This document shows, piece by piece, positions 13,803 to 29,769 of a DNA stretch of 64,000 bases. The notes beneath the pieces are model-generated. The model was not told where the DNA came from. It was given only the letters and a program-made list of their open reading frames with translations, and did no database searches. Each line of letters opens with the position of its first letter. Position 1 is the stretch's first letter. The DNA comes from Octopus vulgaris (lineage: Eukaryota). The stretch lies in assembly GCA_951406725.2 (NCBI GenBank), contig OX597815.1, positions 31,124,001-31,188,000 on the forward strand, given 5' to 3'. The position numbers were made by a program, and so were the translations under genes.

Positions 13803-14462
13803 TTTTTTTCCCGCTATCACAATTTCTGATATCTCTTCCTTTTTCATTACTTTTATTTCCAAACTTTATTTTATCATTTATGGCTGGCTGCTAAAATAAT
13901 AATGGGTAATAAATTTCATGGAATTAGGTAATCTCACACTGGACTTAGGTCACCAGACTAATTTAGAATTGACATAAAGGCGCCAAACCGATTCCTACAG
14001 ACGCCGGTCATCACTAACCGACCAAATCTGATAACTAAATGTTATTTTACTATCGAGGGAGAAATGTTTCACTATTTTTTTTTTCTTTTATGTCCCTTCA
14101 AGTAAAATAATATAATGTTATTCAATTAAAATTAAAGAATTATATATTGATTATTTACGCATCACTGCTGCCACAACCTCATTACCACAAACAAAAACGC
14201 AACGCAAAATCCCGCAACATCACTCACGAAGTATCACAGATATTAAGCTATTTGCTCAACATCATTGCAAAAACATGATCTTACCAAACCAGTGTAACTG
14301 ATATAATATCACTTATAAAGCATCAGTTTTTTTAAAGCCGTTAACTGAATTTTAACTTTAATGAAGATTTGTTTGGGTGGGCTTTTATCTTGGAGCAGTG
14401 GTCTATAGTAATAATATGAACCTAATTCCACACGCATGATTTAAAGAAGTTTCAAAATTTCT

Positions 14463-14525
14463 AGACTGCAACTGCTCTTATACACACTGCAACTGCTCTT
14501 ATACAGACTGCAACTGCTCTTATAT
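14463..14525. repeat. 21-bp minisatellite x3 (A[G/C]ACTGCAACTGCTCTTATA[C/T])
   Basis: Three adjacent near-identical units. Confidence 0.92.
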
Positions 14526-14918
14526 GGTTTGTAAAACCGAAAATATTTCCCCTAAAGCGTAAAATTTAGCGCTGTTTTTTTTTTTTTGCTATCCAAATGA
14601 ATGGAGATTATTGGGGATCTTATTAGGGTTTCATAAATTACAATATGGTCAAAGCATCAAAATTATTACCGGTAGTTTCGATAACTCGGTTTTTCTACAT
14701 ATAAATATGCAGATAATGATTTAGCTAGTCTAAGTCAGTTGTTGAGAACAAGATCGGTTGATTGCAAAGAATTACAATCAAACCTGCCACTCAGCCTAAT
14801 ACACAGGATTTAAGTATTCTCGTTTACAATACAATGTGCTGACGGTTTGATTGCATATTTTGCGCCTTGTTTCATTGTTGTTATAGTTGTGGCATTGAGC
14901 TGAGGCACTAGATTACGT

Positions 14919-15101
14919 AAGGTGGCGAACTGATAGAATCGTTAACACACATGGCAAAATGCTTAGCAGCATTTAGTCCGTCTTTACATTCAGGGTTCAA
15001 ATTCCGCCGAGGTCAACTTTACCTTTCATTCTTTCGGGGTCGATGAAATTGACTTACCCACTCCCTCAAATTTGTTGGCGTTGTGCCAAAATTTGAAACC
15101 A
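14919..15101 (+). mobile_element. SINE family B (GGCG-GCTGGCAGAATCGTTA head), alternative tail
   Basis: Matches 34987-35150 (TTCAAATTCCGCCGAGGTC..CTTTCGGGGTCGAT) but ends GTGCCAAAATTTGAAACC. Confidence 0.85.
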
Positions 15102-16818
15102 TTATGATCTTGTGCGTTACTGTAGAATATTTAATCTAATTGCTTTTTGATTACAGTCAATACAAAGTTATATGGATTAGGGTCGTCAGTGCAGGAGCTA
15201 TCGCATATCCTGTAGCATTATTTATAAGTTTATTGTGTATTTTCTTTAGTCTAGAAAATTTTTTTAAAAATCACAACTTTTGAGCTCAGCAGTGAGTTTC
15301 ATTATCTTTGTACCGATAAAATATGTAATATGCTTAGGTTGAGTCCTTGTTTTTATCATTATTAAAGTGCGATTAAAAGAGGAAAAAACAATCTTGCTTA
15401 CCATGCAAAAACATGTCAAACTTTCAACCATTAATTTGAATTTTATTATTCGAATACTTATGTCTCGAACATGCTACAAAGATATACACATTCTTCATTC
15501 TATCCTAATCGCTATAAGTCAGAAAACTTGGTAAAAGCGTTCATATTGCTCAGCCCAGCTCCTTTGATGCTTTCTTCTAACCATGAAACCTGGAAATATA
15601 TATCTTCTCTTCCTTGTTCATTTAAGCAGAGTACACAAATTGTTCAAACTACCGATCCATAAACCGAGAGACTAATATCCAAACCAGCTAGGCATTGTGA
15701 CGTCGCAAGATATTATTGAATTCGGGGGGAAATAACAATCGGCTGCATTTACACAATGAGTGAGACAGGCGACTGAAAGTTAATGAAAACTTGTGAATAA
15801 ACTGTTATTTTGTCAAATCAATGCAATACTAGAGAAGATATTACAAATTATGGAAAATAGGGCAGAACGCATACAACCAAGGCGGAAATAATTAACGATT
15901 GTTTTGAGTGATAGTCGCAGTAATTGTATGCAATAAAATAGCCTTGAGATAAGCATTTGCCAATAATGTTTCAAACATTCGATACCATATCATGTATTTT
16001 CACTGGCAAAATATAAAGACTATCGACGCCTGCTTCATAATTAAGTTTTCTCTTTCGACACCTAATGTTCCGGTCCGTTTGAGTTTACCACAATATAAAA
16101 TAGCTAAAGCAGTTAGAAAATATAAAGTAATTTAATAATAGCCGGAAGCCTGTTTGAAAGTTCAGCCGGTGTGTAACACTGTCAACCTTGACAAAAATCC
16201 AATTCCAAACTATATATTGCCCTATATTCAATAAAATTTGACAATCGTCTATTGTTTACTTCCTTTACATCTAGCTGTTATAAACAGTAATTTGAATTTA
16301 CTAAATATTTAATTCTGTCTTATACAATTTTACGAATGCCATTCATTCTTATGCCAAAAATGTCTTAACCACTCTCGCCAATGTAACTCTTATATTTAAT
16401 TGACCACATAAATTCTTGGAAATATTTTGTCACGTAATGCTTCAAATTAAATTCTTGAATAAACAGAAATATATTATTTTGTACTAGATTTCATTTGGTT
16501 GTAATGGCTAAGTTTAAAACTTTTTCATTCAACAGATAATGTTTGCCAATATTAGTTGTATGATCTAAAGATGTATTGTCTCCAAATATAAATAGATTTT
16601 ATAAAAGCCCAACATACTGTTACATTGCATTATATGTAATGATAATTCGGGTACAATTTTCCTGGTGAGATTTCAATGGTAATGATGCCGTGTTACGTGA
16701 GATATAACCTTACGTATATTACAATTAGATTTTTTTGATCTTGTGTTTGTTATATTGATCTGAGTCGAATGAAAAAAAAGTCTACTGAGGTAGGTCTTTA
16801 TTCATTCCAGCTTTCTAC

Positions 16819-17142
16819 TCTGCGGTTTCAAATACCTCAGATGCCAACTTTGTCTTTCAGCCTTTCGGGTTAGAAAAAAAGTCCAATTCAATACAGGAGT
16901 TGATTGCTCTCTTGCATTCTCTCTCTTCCTCTCTTTCTCTGTCTCTGTCTCTGTCTCATACTTCCTCTCTCTCTCTCTTTCTCTCTTCCCCCTTCTCGCG
17001 GGGTTGTACCTTCAATTTTGATGTCCAGCTATGCCCTCTGGCGTTGAGAACTACATTATGAATACATGTGCTTATGGAATATTCAGCCGCTTACATGTTC
17101 ATTACATGTGGTCAAACGAGTGCTCATCGTCGAAACCGACGG
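16819..17142 (+). repeat. Left arm of a local inverted duplication (SINE-B body + CT tract + T2-type SINE tail)
   Basis: Reverse complement of 18580-18935; the inner 99 nt differ at 2 positions. Confidence 0.95.
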
Positions 17143-17917
17143 ATAATCCATTGTTTCAGCTAATTTAATCACTACGGATTTGATAATAAATAACTAGAAA
17201 ATGGACAAGAAACTATAAAATGAAAAAGTCACTATAAAATATAAAAGCTGTATAAAGATTGTATGTGCATATGAGCACAACTGCCATGTTGTAGAGTTTA
17301 GATTCGAGATCAAGAAAATGCTGCAATGAAGTTGATTTGATAAATAGGATTTGTGGCAAAGTTCTTGCGGAGCATATATATTTCAGCATAATTAAAATAT
17401 ATAAAAACAATATCAAACAAACCGTTTACATCTTTATATCGTTTATGCAAACATTGACAGTTTCAAATAACTATCACAGTCTTATAAAAGCAAAAACGTG
17501 TTGCTGAAACACAAATGCACGTTTATAAGTGAATTTATCCCGAAATAATATACACTGAAAGTTTTATTTTAAATAAAACAAAACAATTATCGCTGTAATT
17601 ATTGGGTTTTGAAGAACATGGTGATATCTACAAACAGCTTTTTAATAAATAATCAGCTATAATACAAACTGAATAAATCAACTTCTTTTTTACCCACACA
17701 TTGCTTGCTGTAGAGTAAACATGAAATTAAGGTTGTCTTTTTCTCATTTGGTATTCATTAATATTGATTTGGTTTTCAGAATAAGTTTATGTGACTTTCA
17801 TACAGCATCTAGTAAGATATATATTTAACTGTCTTCAACAAGAAAATGTTTACAGAATCACTGTATCTTTCTTTATTATATGTTTTTAAACTTTTTCCGT
17901 TGCCATCGCTGCCATTT

Positions 17918-18579
<662 letters not shown>

Positions 18580-18935
18580 CCGTCGGTCTCGACGATGAGC
18601 ACTCGTTTGACCACATGTAATGAACATGTAAGCGGCTGAATATTCCATAAGCAGATGTATTCATAATGTAGTTCTCAAGCCGAATCAGCATAACACAATC
18701 CATTTGAACATTTGAACTAAAGGTACAACTCAGAGAGAAGGAGAGAAGAGAGAGAGTGAGTGAGAGAGACAGAGACAGACAGAAACAGAGAGAGAGAGAG
18801 ACAGATAGACAGAAACAGGGAGAGGGAGAGAGAGAATGCGAGAGAGCAATTAACTGCTGTATTGAATTGGAATTTTTTTTCGAACCCGAATAGCTGAAAG
18901 GCAAAGTTGACCTCTGAAGTATTTGAAACCGCAGA
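18580..18935 (-). repeat. Right arm of the local inverted duplication
   Basis: Reverse complement of 16819-17142. Confidence 0.95.
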
Positions 18936-19431
18936 TACCCCAGCAAGGCTGAAGCCCATTGACAGATTAGAGTAAGCGATAAAACATTAACATATTTTTG
19001 CTTGTGGCGAATACCGTGGGGGCAAAAGCTTAAACGCCTATGGCGGTGAAATCGTAATATTCCTTAAATCTGCGTTAAAATTCATTCACTTTCCCAAGAA
19101 AAATTTTGTCTTTGTATTTAGAAATGAAAGTGGTACAATACTTTGCTCGTGGAAAACATATTTATGATTGCAAAGTTCAACTCCAGTCACACTAAGCACC
19201 TAATTAAAACATCTTTCGGTCGATGTTATTATCTTTCACTGCGAAGTTGGGATTGCCACGTGGAACTGAGCTTAGCAGTAAAAGTTAAGAAAATCGCAAC
19301 ATAATTGAAAGAAACAAACTATGTATTCGATTCGACTTAACAAATATTTCAAATTTGGCTCTATTTTTCATTGGCAATATTTATCATGAGGTACTAACTT
19401 CCCGCCTTGGATTTTATTTATTTAGTTAGTT

Positions 19432-19800
19432 ACTCTCTTTACTCTTTACTCTTTTACTTGTTTCAGTCATTTGACTGCGGCCATGCTGGAGCATCGCCTT
19501 TAGTCGAGCAAATCGACCCCGGGACTTATTCTTTGTAAGCCCAGTACTTATTCTATCGGTCTCTTTTGCCGAACCGCTAAGTGACGGGGACGTAAACATA
19601 CCAGCATCGGTTGTCAAGCAATGCTAGGGGGACAAACACAGACACACAAACACATACACACACACACACATATATATACATATATACGACAGGCTTCTTT
19701 CAGTTTCCGTCTACCAAATCCACTCACAAGGCATTGGTCGGCCCGGGGCTATAGCAGAAGACACTTGCCCAAGATGCCACGCAGTGGGACTGAACCCAGT
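19432..19800 (-). mobile_element. SINE-A, young copy, 5' truncated
   Basis: Near-identical reverse complement of about 7868-8227. Confidence 0.93.
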
Positions 19801-22800
19801 TAGTTAGTTATTTAATAGATACCAAGGTACATTTCAATAAATGTGCATCAAATCATGATATTTTGATAGATATGGAGAAATAATATATCTTTCAGGGTTA
19901 GTAACTGCCTACAAATTTGCATCAACCAAAAAGTTTGATCTCAACTCTATGATGCAAGTCACTTTTCGTCGAAACATATCGATCGACTTTTCTCTATGTG
20001 GTTTGTTGCAAATTATTTTATGAAAGGAATATGTAATAAATAAATGTGCCACTAGACATTGACGGATATGAAGAAATGTCTATAAGATTGCCTGACAGAA
20101 GAGGTGGGGATTTACAAACGAATGAGAGATTAATTTTAGCTGTCACCATAAATATCGAATTATAAGAATATGTGTTGAGTGGTCATAAATTTGATATTAG
20201 AGAGAAGGTACATGTAAAAAAGGATAATATCGCAAACACTCAATGCATTTTTACTTCTCGGAGATACAACGATTCTGTATTCAATATGTGTATCTCTAAT
20301 ACAATGACGCAACTTGCAATAACAAGCAACACTGATATTAACAGTAATGTTTATCGTGATTTTTCTACACGGGCGTTCCACCTCCGAGAAGAAGCTGCAA
20401 CATTCCTCCGCAAATTATGTCTCCAAAAAGGAATGACAAGTTTGATATTGCAGATCTCAATAAAAGTAAATCCAGTCACCCCATATCTTAAGTCGTCAAA
20501 GTGTGATTGAAATCATATCTTATAATCCATAATTAAGCAAGCCAAAACTTCCAATAGCCAACTTATATTGAATACTTAATGGCGGACATCTGTGGCTCTT
20601 TGATTTTCTGAAATCCTAGAGCTGGCACATCTCAGTAATCTGTTACAGTCTGTTGCACATTCTGTCCAACAATGTATTGAATTGTATAGCCTCCACTGTC
20701 TGTTTTCTTTACATCATGGCTTTCATCAACAACTTGAATTAACACACGGTATTGCCGTTAACATACAAGTTATATGACATACTATTCTCAACTTGCAAAT
20801 AATTGTCAACATCAATGGTGAAATTTCACTATGAATTCACTGTTTCACACGTTCTCTTAATATTACATAATTAATAAATCTTTTCAATGTTCAACTCAGT
20901 TGGAAAAATTCATGAAGAATTTTTTGTCTTCTTTCACTGCTGCTTCGTATGGAATAGAACAAGTCAGAAGTAGTTGATTCGAATTTGCGCAGAATTGAAC
21001 GATAAATTATAATTGCTAATTAAGTCGATTCAATCTTTATAATAATTTTAAAGACGCGCCAGCTGCTTAGATTATTCATTTTAATAAATTTAGTATCTAA
21101 GAGAGTGAATTAGAGCTTGTATCTATGACACTAAAGGCTGTAGGGTTTTTTTTTCCTTTTTCATTTCCCTAGTAACTTATAGCTTTGATATTCTGTGATA
21201 TTCTGTGAATGATGTTATTTTGGTAATATTTTTTAAAAAGCATGATTTCTCCGGCCTGCTAAATTTATCTTCCATCTAGGCCAAGTGGTTTAAATTTAAT
21301 TAGTCCTAAATCTCTATATTAATCCGTTGATATCTTTGATTCTATTTATCATTCATTTGTAGAATTTAATAAAATTTCACTACGAACTTAGACGCACTTC
21401 GAACTTACTTTCAGTACCCTATGAACTTACTTAAAAGAATACTGTTCGCTTTGATGGAAAAAAAATGTTCGATCATAAAAATTTGATAAACATTCGTTAA
21501 ATGTGGCTAGTATTAGAATTTTGTTTTGAATTGTAGTGCAGAGACATGCATCAATGCAGGATACAAAAGTAGAGTTTTATTCTTTAGATCAAAGTAAAGA
21601 TTGTGTCAGAAGAAAGAACGACATTTTCATTTGCGAACACTGGTATTTGTAAGAAATAGTTTTTCTTGATATTTTTTCTTTTCAAATTTTATATTTTAAG
21701 TATATATGTAATGATGTATCTCTTTCAGATAATGTCACTTTATTCTAAATGTTGACCAAAGACTCTCTATTCTTATATTTATAGCTGTCTTGAACACAGT
21801 AAATAGTCACTATTGAAGTCGACCGTTGTGAATTAAAAGCAAGTAAAAATAGAATTGGTCGATTTTTGATAAAATTGCTCCAAGTTTGAATGGAATTGTT
21901 CGATTGGCATGCAATTTGGCAGTTATATCCTATAGTTCTTTCTTGTACTGGGCTCATGTTGTTTAGAGAATGTGCATTATATAAAGCATAGAGTTTTTAA
22001 CGTAAATAATTTTTTATTGAAATCTTTATCTATATTATTATATTATACCGTCTCTGTATGTCATGCTATAGTTGTAGAACGAAATCGAAGGCATAAAATT
22101 ATTATATTATATTGTTTGAAGATAATTAACTGATAAACGGAAACTGAATCGAAGAAAATAATTCTTGTAGTTGAAATATTATATTATTTATATTATTCGT
22201 AGGACAGAAATAAATATTTTGAATTAAGGATTATATGTATGTGTGTGTGTATATATGTGTATACATATACTTGCAAACACAAACATGCCTGCGTATACAC
22301 ACACACACACGCACATATGCGCAAATACATGCGTACACACACACACACCCACGCATATATATACGGGGACGTAACTACTGTACTTTGTTCAAGTCCAACG
22401 CTGTGCACTTTTCTCTGATGTTAAAATAAGGATATATTAAAATTGCAAAAGCGCTACCAATGTAGCTCTACCGTATCCGAATAATATTAAACATAGACTT
22501 CAGTTCCGAGATCATTCTATCGTTAAGTTTGTATAAAGTGTTTGCTAAGTATAATTTTCTTTCAAGATATTTTCGTTATTTTAGTAAAATAGTCTCAATG
22601 AAAGTGTGAGAGAAGTGATCTAGTATTTTCTCATTGTGAGTAGCTGTTTCTAGGACGCGTTCATTTCTTAACATAAAGTGAAAAATAATCGATAACAACT
22701 ATCAAGATAGGTTTGAAAGATTTTCTCTCCTTATAGTAGACATTTAGTACTAGATAAATGGACTTTATATACCCTCCCAAGTGTGAAATGCTCCAGAAAA

Positions 22801-25276
22801 TATACAGTTTCAAAAGAGATTTTGTATTTCATAGCTCTCTATAAACTTCCAGCAATCTGGAGGTTTTAAAATTAACTGAGGGATTTCCACGTGTGTGCCA
22901 CTTTTTAGAATTGTTTAGTAGATCTCTATATTACATGTTGCATTTATATTTTCTGCATAGGCTTTTTTTAAAACTTTACGTATTTTAAGTAAATATGGTA
23001 CAATAGTCAAAACTATTGAAAAGGTTGCAAGACGCAACGAAAATTTTAGGAAAATAAAAGAGACTGAGTGTGTTAAGTTATAAGGAACCAAAAAGGAATG
23101 ACTCTCCCCAGACACAACAGAATGCTATAATAAGGGAAATGCAAAATCAACTCTATTGGTGCATAGGTTTCTTTCAGATGTTGTTATTTGACTCCAAGTG
23201 AGCCTTGATTATGTAAAGCAATAATGATCATCAGTCTTCTTTTTATCAGAATTAGAGTACCCTAGACCATATCCAATTTGTCCTTTTTTAAGAAAGTACG
23301 GTGTGGTTTAAGGAGATTTTAGGCTGCTATATTCGATTGAAAGAGCAACCAGATAGATGTACCAACTCATCAATGCTACATCAAAATCTCCTGGTAACAA
23401 AATAAATATGTAAACTTTTAAATCAGTTCCAAATATATGTGTAACATATTTGAACTGTAAAAAACAAAAACGGCCGTTTTACACGCGGTTTGCCTTGGAG
23501 AAAATTCTCGCTTTAGACAGTAGATGTCAAAACACCATCAGTCTTCTCAAGGCGCCTTCTGGTATACTGATAACTGTATTTCTAGCTATCTAGCTATATA
23601 AAACACTATATAAGGTAACTATCCTGCAGAAATCGGTACTTCATTTACAAAAATAATTTTTATACCAGATAAAAACCCACTCTAGGAAAATCCAATCTAA
23701 AAATAGAACGAAATACAACATTCGAGTTCAAAACAAAAATACAACAGTATTTTAGTAGCAAATCTTGCGCGAATTATTTTAAGAGCCTACCACACATGAT
23801 GTTGTATAAACAATAATGTGTAAAGTTTATCTCAAAAATCCTATGAAATATTTAAAGAATCTACCGCTGGAAGATGACTAAAGTAAACTGTGGGAGGCTG
23901 AATCATCTTGCATTACTGTTTGATGAATTACATATTTTAGCTACATTGCTCCTACATTGGTGACCCAACAGGTAAGATTACCAGAGCATAACGTTTAGAA
24001 ACTGTATTTCGTAATAATTTATACTTTGGATTTCATTTCGTCTATCTCACTGATATTTGTTAATTGCACCACGCATCTCAAATTACTATTAAGATAGTCT
24101 GCGCAAGCCAATGGTCCGGGTTTTATATCCGCAGTTGAAATTATCTGCGAGTGTTATGAGATAACTTGCATTTCAATAAAAGCCGATGATTTCAGTCAAG
24201 CTTATTCACCATATCTTCCACGCCACGATGTGATATATTTAAGGTCTGTTATATAGCAACATCTATCTATCTATCTATCGTACTGCTCTATACTATTTCT
24301 CTTGTCAAAAGAATACTTGTAATTAACGAAATTTATGAAGACAGCAACTTATATAACACAATAAATTTCGCACTGTCGACAATTAAACCGAGTAGATGCA
24401 GAAAACCAGACAGATATTAGAAGTAAAATTAAATCAACATGTAATAATTGTCAAAGAAAATTATAGCGAGAGGAAGGAAATACGCCGTATAACCATGGAA
24501 GGCGATGTTATACAATATGCCTTGCAGTAACTAGTAAACGATAGTTGTGTGTGTACAGGATGAAAACTTCATTTAACAGAAAGCATGAAAGCTGCTAGCA
24601 AAATGGACTTCTAACAATCAGTAATGTTTAAACTATTAATGTTATTCAATAATTGCAGACTACTTTATGAATAAATGTGGTGATATATTGCTTGGTAGTT
24701 TATGAGATTGTACCAGTAATAATTACTTATATGCCCCTTTGGATAAGGTACCAAATACATTCAAATTCGATCTCATGAACCTGTAACAAAACGTGAAAAC
24801 ACTTCGTTAAAAGTACTACACTGATCTAATATAGATACGCAACTAAATCAACCTAAGTAGATCTACTGCAATAAGAATTCATAAATATATCAACTCATTG
24901 ATTGTATTTGATTAAATATTATTTCCGGATATTTACGCTCGACGCTAACACAGATCATATGAAACCTGAATTATTTTTATGTGTCTATAAGCAGTCTATT
25001 TACATTCTGTGTTTCCTTGAGGATTAACTATTTACCATAATGACATGACACAGAAAATAGATAAAATCTACTAAACTTCTAATTTTGCAGCGCGTCTCTA
25101 AGGGGTGAAAAGGAAACAGTGTATATAATAGACGGTTTCAATACAGCGATGACTTCGGCAGGAACAGTTCAACAGACACAAAAAAGAAGTGAATCATAGA
25201 AGCGTCTGAAATCAATTTGATTGCTTTAATTTCTTTGTTATTTGGTTCTATGTTATTATAACATTTCTCTCTCTCA

Positions 25277-25314
<38 letters not shown>

Positions 25315-25624
25315 GTTTGAGAATTTGCTCCTAATGTTTACAAATTCTGTATAATAACACAGACACGCACTCTGAGTAAGAACAACTAACTTTCAGCAGC
25401 GCAAATATCTACATATATCGAAATACACGACTTTTGGTACATATTTTCCCTCAGAATTATAACATAAAAGGCACCCAAAAAGAATGTTTATTTAAAGCGG
25501 TATTGTTGTTTAGCCTATGTGATCCGTAATCTAGTTGACTTATGGTCAAAAGTTTACTTGTGAACATCTCACCTTTTTTTTTTCTTTCAGATATTTTATA
25601 TCTACAAGAACATTATCTAATTCT

Positions 25625-26031
25625 TTTATTTTCTTTACTTGTTTTAGTCATTTGACTGCGGCCATGCTGTAGCACCGCTTTTAGTCGAACAAATCGACCC
25701 CAGGATTTAATTTTGTAAGCCTAGTAAATTATTCTATCGGATTTTTTTTGCCGAACCACTAAGTTATGGGGACGCAAACACATCAGTATCGGTAGTCAAG
25801 CGATGGTGGGGGTACAAACATAGTCATTCAAACACACACACACACATACATATATATATACATATATATATATACGACGGGCTTCTTTCAGTTTTCCGTC
25901 TACCAAATCCACTCACAAGGCTTTGGTCAACTCGAGGCTGTAGTAGAAGACACTTGCCCAAGGTGCCACGCAGTGGGACTGAACTCGGAACCCTGGTTGG
26001 TGAGCAAGTTATTTACCACACAGTCACGCCT
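25625..26031 (-). mobile_element. SINE-A, full length
   Basis: Reverse complement of the family A head, body and tail. Confidence 0.92.
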
Positions 26032-26120
26032 GTTACTTTAACATAAAACTTGCAGTCAAAATAGAACCAGTCATCTTGCAATTCTTGTCACAGGAACCTA
26101 AAATGATGACTGAGAGCGGC

Positions 26121-26360
26121 ATGTATGCACACACACACACATACACCCATACATACATACATACATACATACATACATACATACATACATACATACATAC
26201 GTACGTACGTACGTACATACATACATACATACATACATACATACATACATGCATACATGCATGCATACATGCATGCATGCATACATACATACATACATAC
26301 ATACATACATACATACATACATACATACATACATACATACATACATACATACATACATAC
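26121..26360. repeat. (ACAT)n microsatellite
   Basis: Directly visible. Confidence 0.97.
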
Positions 26361-26404
26361 GTTACGCGAGGTAATCGTTATGTATGTACGTATGTATTTA
26401 TGTG

Positions 26405-26579
26405 TGGAGGCTCATGGCTTAATGGTTAGGGTGTTGGACTCATAATCGCAAGATTGTTGTTTCGATTCCGGGTCTGGGGAATATTTTGTGCTCTTGAGCA
26501 AAACACTTCATTTTACGCACCTCCAGTCCACTCAGCCCGTAAAAATGAATAAGTCTGCGATGAACTGGCTTCCCGTCCA
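26405..26579 (+). mobile_element. tRNA-derived SINE (head H1 + tail T3), truncated at the mariner element
   Basis: TGGCTTAATGGTTAGGGTGTTGGACTC..TTTCGATTCC; colinear with 41289-41460. Confidence 0.8.
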
Positions 26580-27395
26580 TAGAGATAGCATCAAAAATTT
26601 CCCAGACTAGTCATGTTTGATAAAAAATAACTTATTTGCCATAGTTTTAACACCATATCCTTCGAAATGACCATCTTGTGCAGCAATTTACCTACCACTT
26701 TAGAAACCACCTAGAAGTCATTTTCCGTGAGCGAATTGAGGACCTTCAGCGATTTGCTCTGGATCTCGACAACGGTGTTAAAACGGCCATCATTGAGCTG
26801 CATTTTCATCTTGGGGAAAAGATAGGTGCTAAATATGGCGAATGTGGCGGGTGCGGAAGTGATATCATGCTATTTTTGGCGAGAAATTCAAGAGTGAGGG
26901 AAACTTGGTAACACGGTGCATTGTTGTCGTAATCCGGTCGTTTTCGTCGAATGTCCCCCCTCAAACACTTCAAAATGTTGCAGTAGAACCCTCGATTGAC
27001 GGTCTCCCCTGGGGGACGAATTCTCAAAAAAATAATGAGAATCCTCTTGGTTGAGCTGCGGCTCTATCAAACGTCCGTGCCGCCCGAAACGTTGCGTGTG
27101 TCCCATTGCCTCGTCGGCGTAAGCTTGCTGGAGCATGCTCAATGTCTCTGTAGCAGACTTCCCCAGTTTAACGCAAAATTGGTTCTTTCTTCCAACTTCC
27201 TGTCTATGACAAAATCGCAGACTACACGTGATCACCAAAACATAAATTTCACAATTTGCGAAGTAAACACAGCGATTTCGCTCGTCACACTGCTTCATGA
27301 AGGTCACAGCTAGCTCTCACTGCACATGCAGCCGTGTGCTGCCATTTGTTGGCACGCTACACAACTAGTCCGGGAGCTTTTTGATACAACATCGT
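26580..27395 (-). mobile_element. Internally deleted mariner transposon
   Basis: TIRs ATCAAAAATTTCCCAGACTAGT and ACTAGTCCGGGAGCTTTTTGAT; FCVKLGKSATETLSMLQQAY, PGETVNRGFYCNIL..RRKRP, NNAPC, HPPHSPYLAP. Confidence 0.92.
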
Positions 27396-28381
27396 ATGTA
27401 TAAATGCATGCATGCAATATGAGTATTAATTTATTTTCCTTATTTCGATGTTTATGAAATAATCCGTTGCTAATTTTATCAAATTTATAACAGGCAGAAA
27501 CGAAAATGCAAGTGGATAGAATGGACTACTGTGAAGAATTTTGTTCAATGTGTTACTGAATTTGTTAGTCCCTATAGGTGGCTTTATGCCGTCATTCCAC
27601 CTGCAAGAAATAGCACCCACATCTCCCTCAGATCACACTCGACTGAGTTTAGAAGAAGGGATTAGGTAATGTATCCCTAAGATCCCTAAGTATCACGCTC
27701 TTCAAGAAACTACTGCACAGTTTCCCCTAATTAAATGCATTTCTTTCTGGGACATCTCTACCATCATTGTCCTGGCGGGGGAGGGGGGGGTAAGCAGAGG
27801 CCAAACCACATAAAAACCGGAATAAATCGACGCCTGACAGGTAAAAGCTATATTGACTTCGTTTTGGATTTGGACCCAGAACATAAACAGGGGACTTATT
27901 TAAATAACGTCAGGCATATATTTATTATTTAGTTTTACCAAACATTCTACTAATTCAGCTGTTCAGTCACTTTAGATTACACTATAAACAGTGATTTCGT
28001 ATATTGGCACAAGATCAATAATTAATAAATATTATTAAGGTAACTAATAAACAATTTATTGTCGAGAGTACCATTTCTCATTCTACTAACGACCACAGTT
28101 CATACATAATTTCTAATTTTTCTTTCTTTTTTTTTTGTCTTGAGATTAATAATTCGTACCCTACATGCAATTAAAACTTATTCACAGTTCACGCCTAATA
28201 ACCATGCAACACATTTCTATATTTCATTATATCGTTGTCTGGAAATAAACCAAAATGTTTTTCCATTTGCCAGAACAAAAATTAGATCGTTTTCTACCTT
28301 GGAACGAATACAAATATCTCCATTTCTTCCGAAACCTCATTCTCCCATGGGGTTTTCATATCTACCATTTAGTTTCTCCCC

Positions 28382-28382
<1 letters not shown>

Positions 28383-28462
<80 letters not shown>

Positions 28463-28480
28463 ATTCTATCTATCTATCTA
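28383..28480. repeat. (TATC)n microsatellite
   Basis: Directly visible. Confidence 0.97.
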
Positions 28481-29011
28481 AATTTCTTTCTTTCTCTCAA
28501 ACTCTAGGGAATTATTCAATCTTGAATGTCCAATAAGAAAATTGGATAACTTTTCTATTTATACATTGGTTTGATTTTTTGACTGTTTTCTCCTCACCCC
28601 CTTAATATAATTACGCTACGACGAAATATCATTTACTTGATCTGTTGAAACAGGATTCTCTTTTTAGTTTCGTTTTTATATATTTTATTATTTTAATTAT
28701 TTATTTTAGCGGGGGAGTTATGGAGTAAACATCTGCTATATGACAAGAAAGGAAGAAAAAGCTTGTTTACTCTACAATCTTACATGACAAAATATGTTGA
28801 TCTTAGTTCGAGTTTAGTTTATGAAAACATTAGACCAAACTGTCCAAGGACTCGTTAATGACAATACCTGGCATTAAATAACTATCAGCTCACTTTCTAA
28901 ACACAGATTTCAACCTCAAACATTTGACTTCAAATATGAGAAAATTTTAATTATTGCTATTCACACAAGAGCTGGTAGGGTGGGAAAGGGAAAGGAAAAT
29001 ATGGAAGAACT

Positions 29012-29057
<46 letters not shown>

Positions 29058-29223
29058 CAGACAGAGAGAGAGAGGCAGACAGACAGAAAATAGAGGAGAA
29101 GGGGAAAATTTGGAAGCTATTGACAGAATGAAAATGGAATGGCGTTTCTTTGCAAGAGTGAAAATAATATGTGGTGTAACGTGTGTGGTGTTTGACATCT
29201 TGTAGTAGTTGAGTAGTAGTAGT

Positions 29224-29275
<52 letters not shown>

Positions 29276-29639
29276 AGTCATGGATACTATTATGCCGCTA
29301 AAGGAGGAAGAAGAGGAGGAAAACAGGGCAGCCTGTATTAAAGCTGAAATTAACTGCTCATATTAGCCTCCCTTAAACAGCCTCAGTACTATTATCATTC
29401 CAACATATCGACATTTTAGTGATAAAGGCTTAGTTTAAATATCGTTTTTTATATGTTAGCTTGAAATTTAACTAAATAAGCATACAATTAGGTAACAGAA
29501 ATCAAAGTAAAAAAAAAAAAGGGAATTCAGAACTCCCAATCCAATGCCTTCATGTCTGTATGAATAGAAGGTTTAACGCACAAACGAAAGGCGCCCTGTT
29601 AATCTTTTCTTTTTATAAAATGAGAAAACTTTATTTTAA

Positions 29640-29702
29640 TAGCGCTACGAATTCGCTGCCGGATTAGTAGTGTTGATAGAATGCTTTGTGGTATTTGTTC
29701 CG

Positions 29703-29769
<67 letters not shown>

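Noticed and set aside
14463-14525. Short direct repeats as a CRISPR array
   Set aside because: No spacers, eukaryotic context and no cas genes.
20172-20510. 112-aa ORF
   Set aside because: Non-ATG start, no recognisable domain and no splice support.
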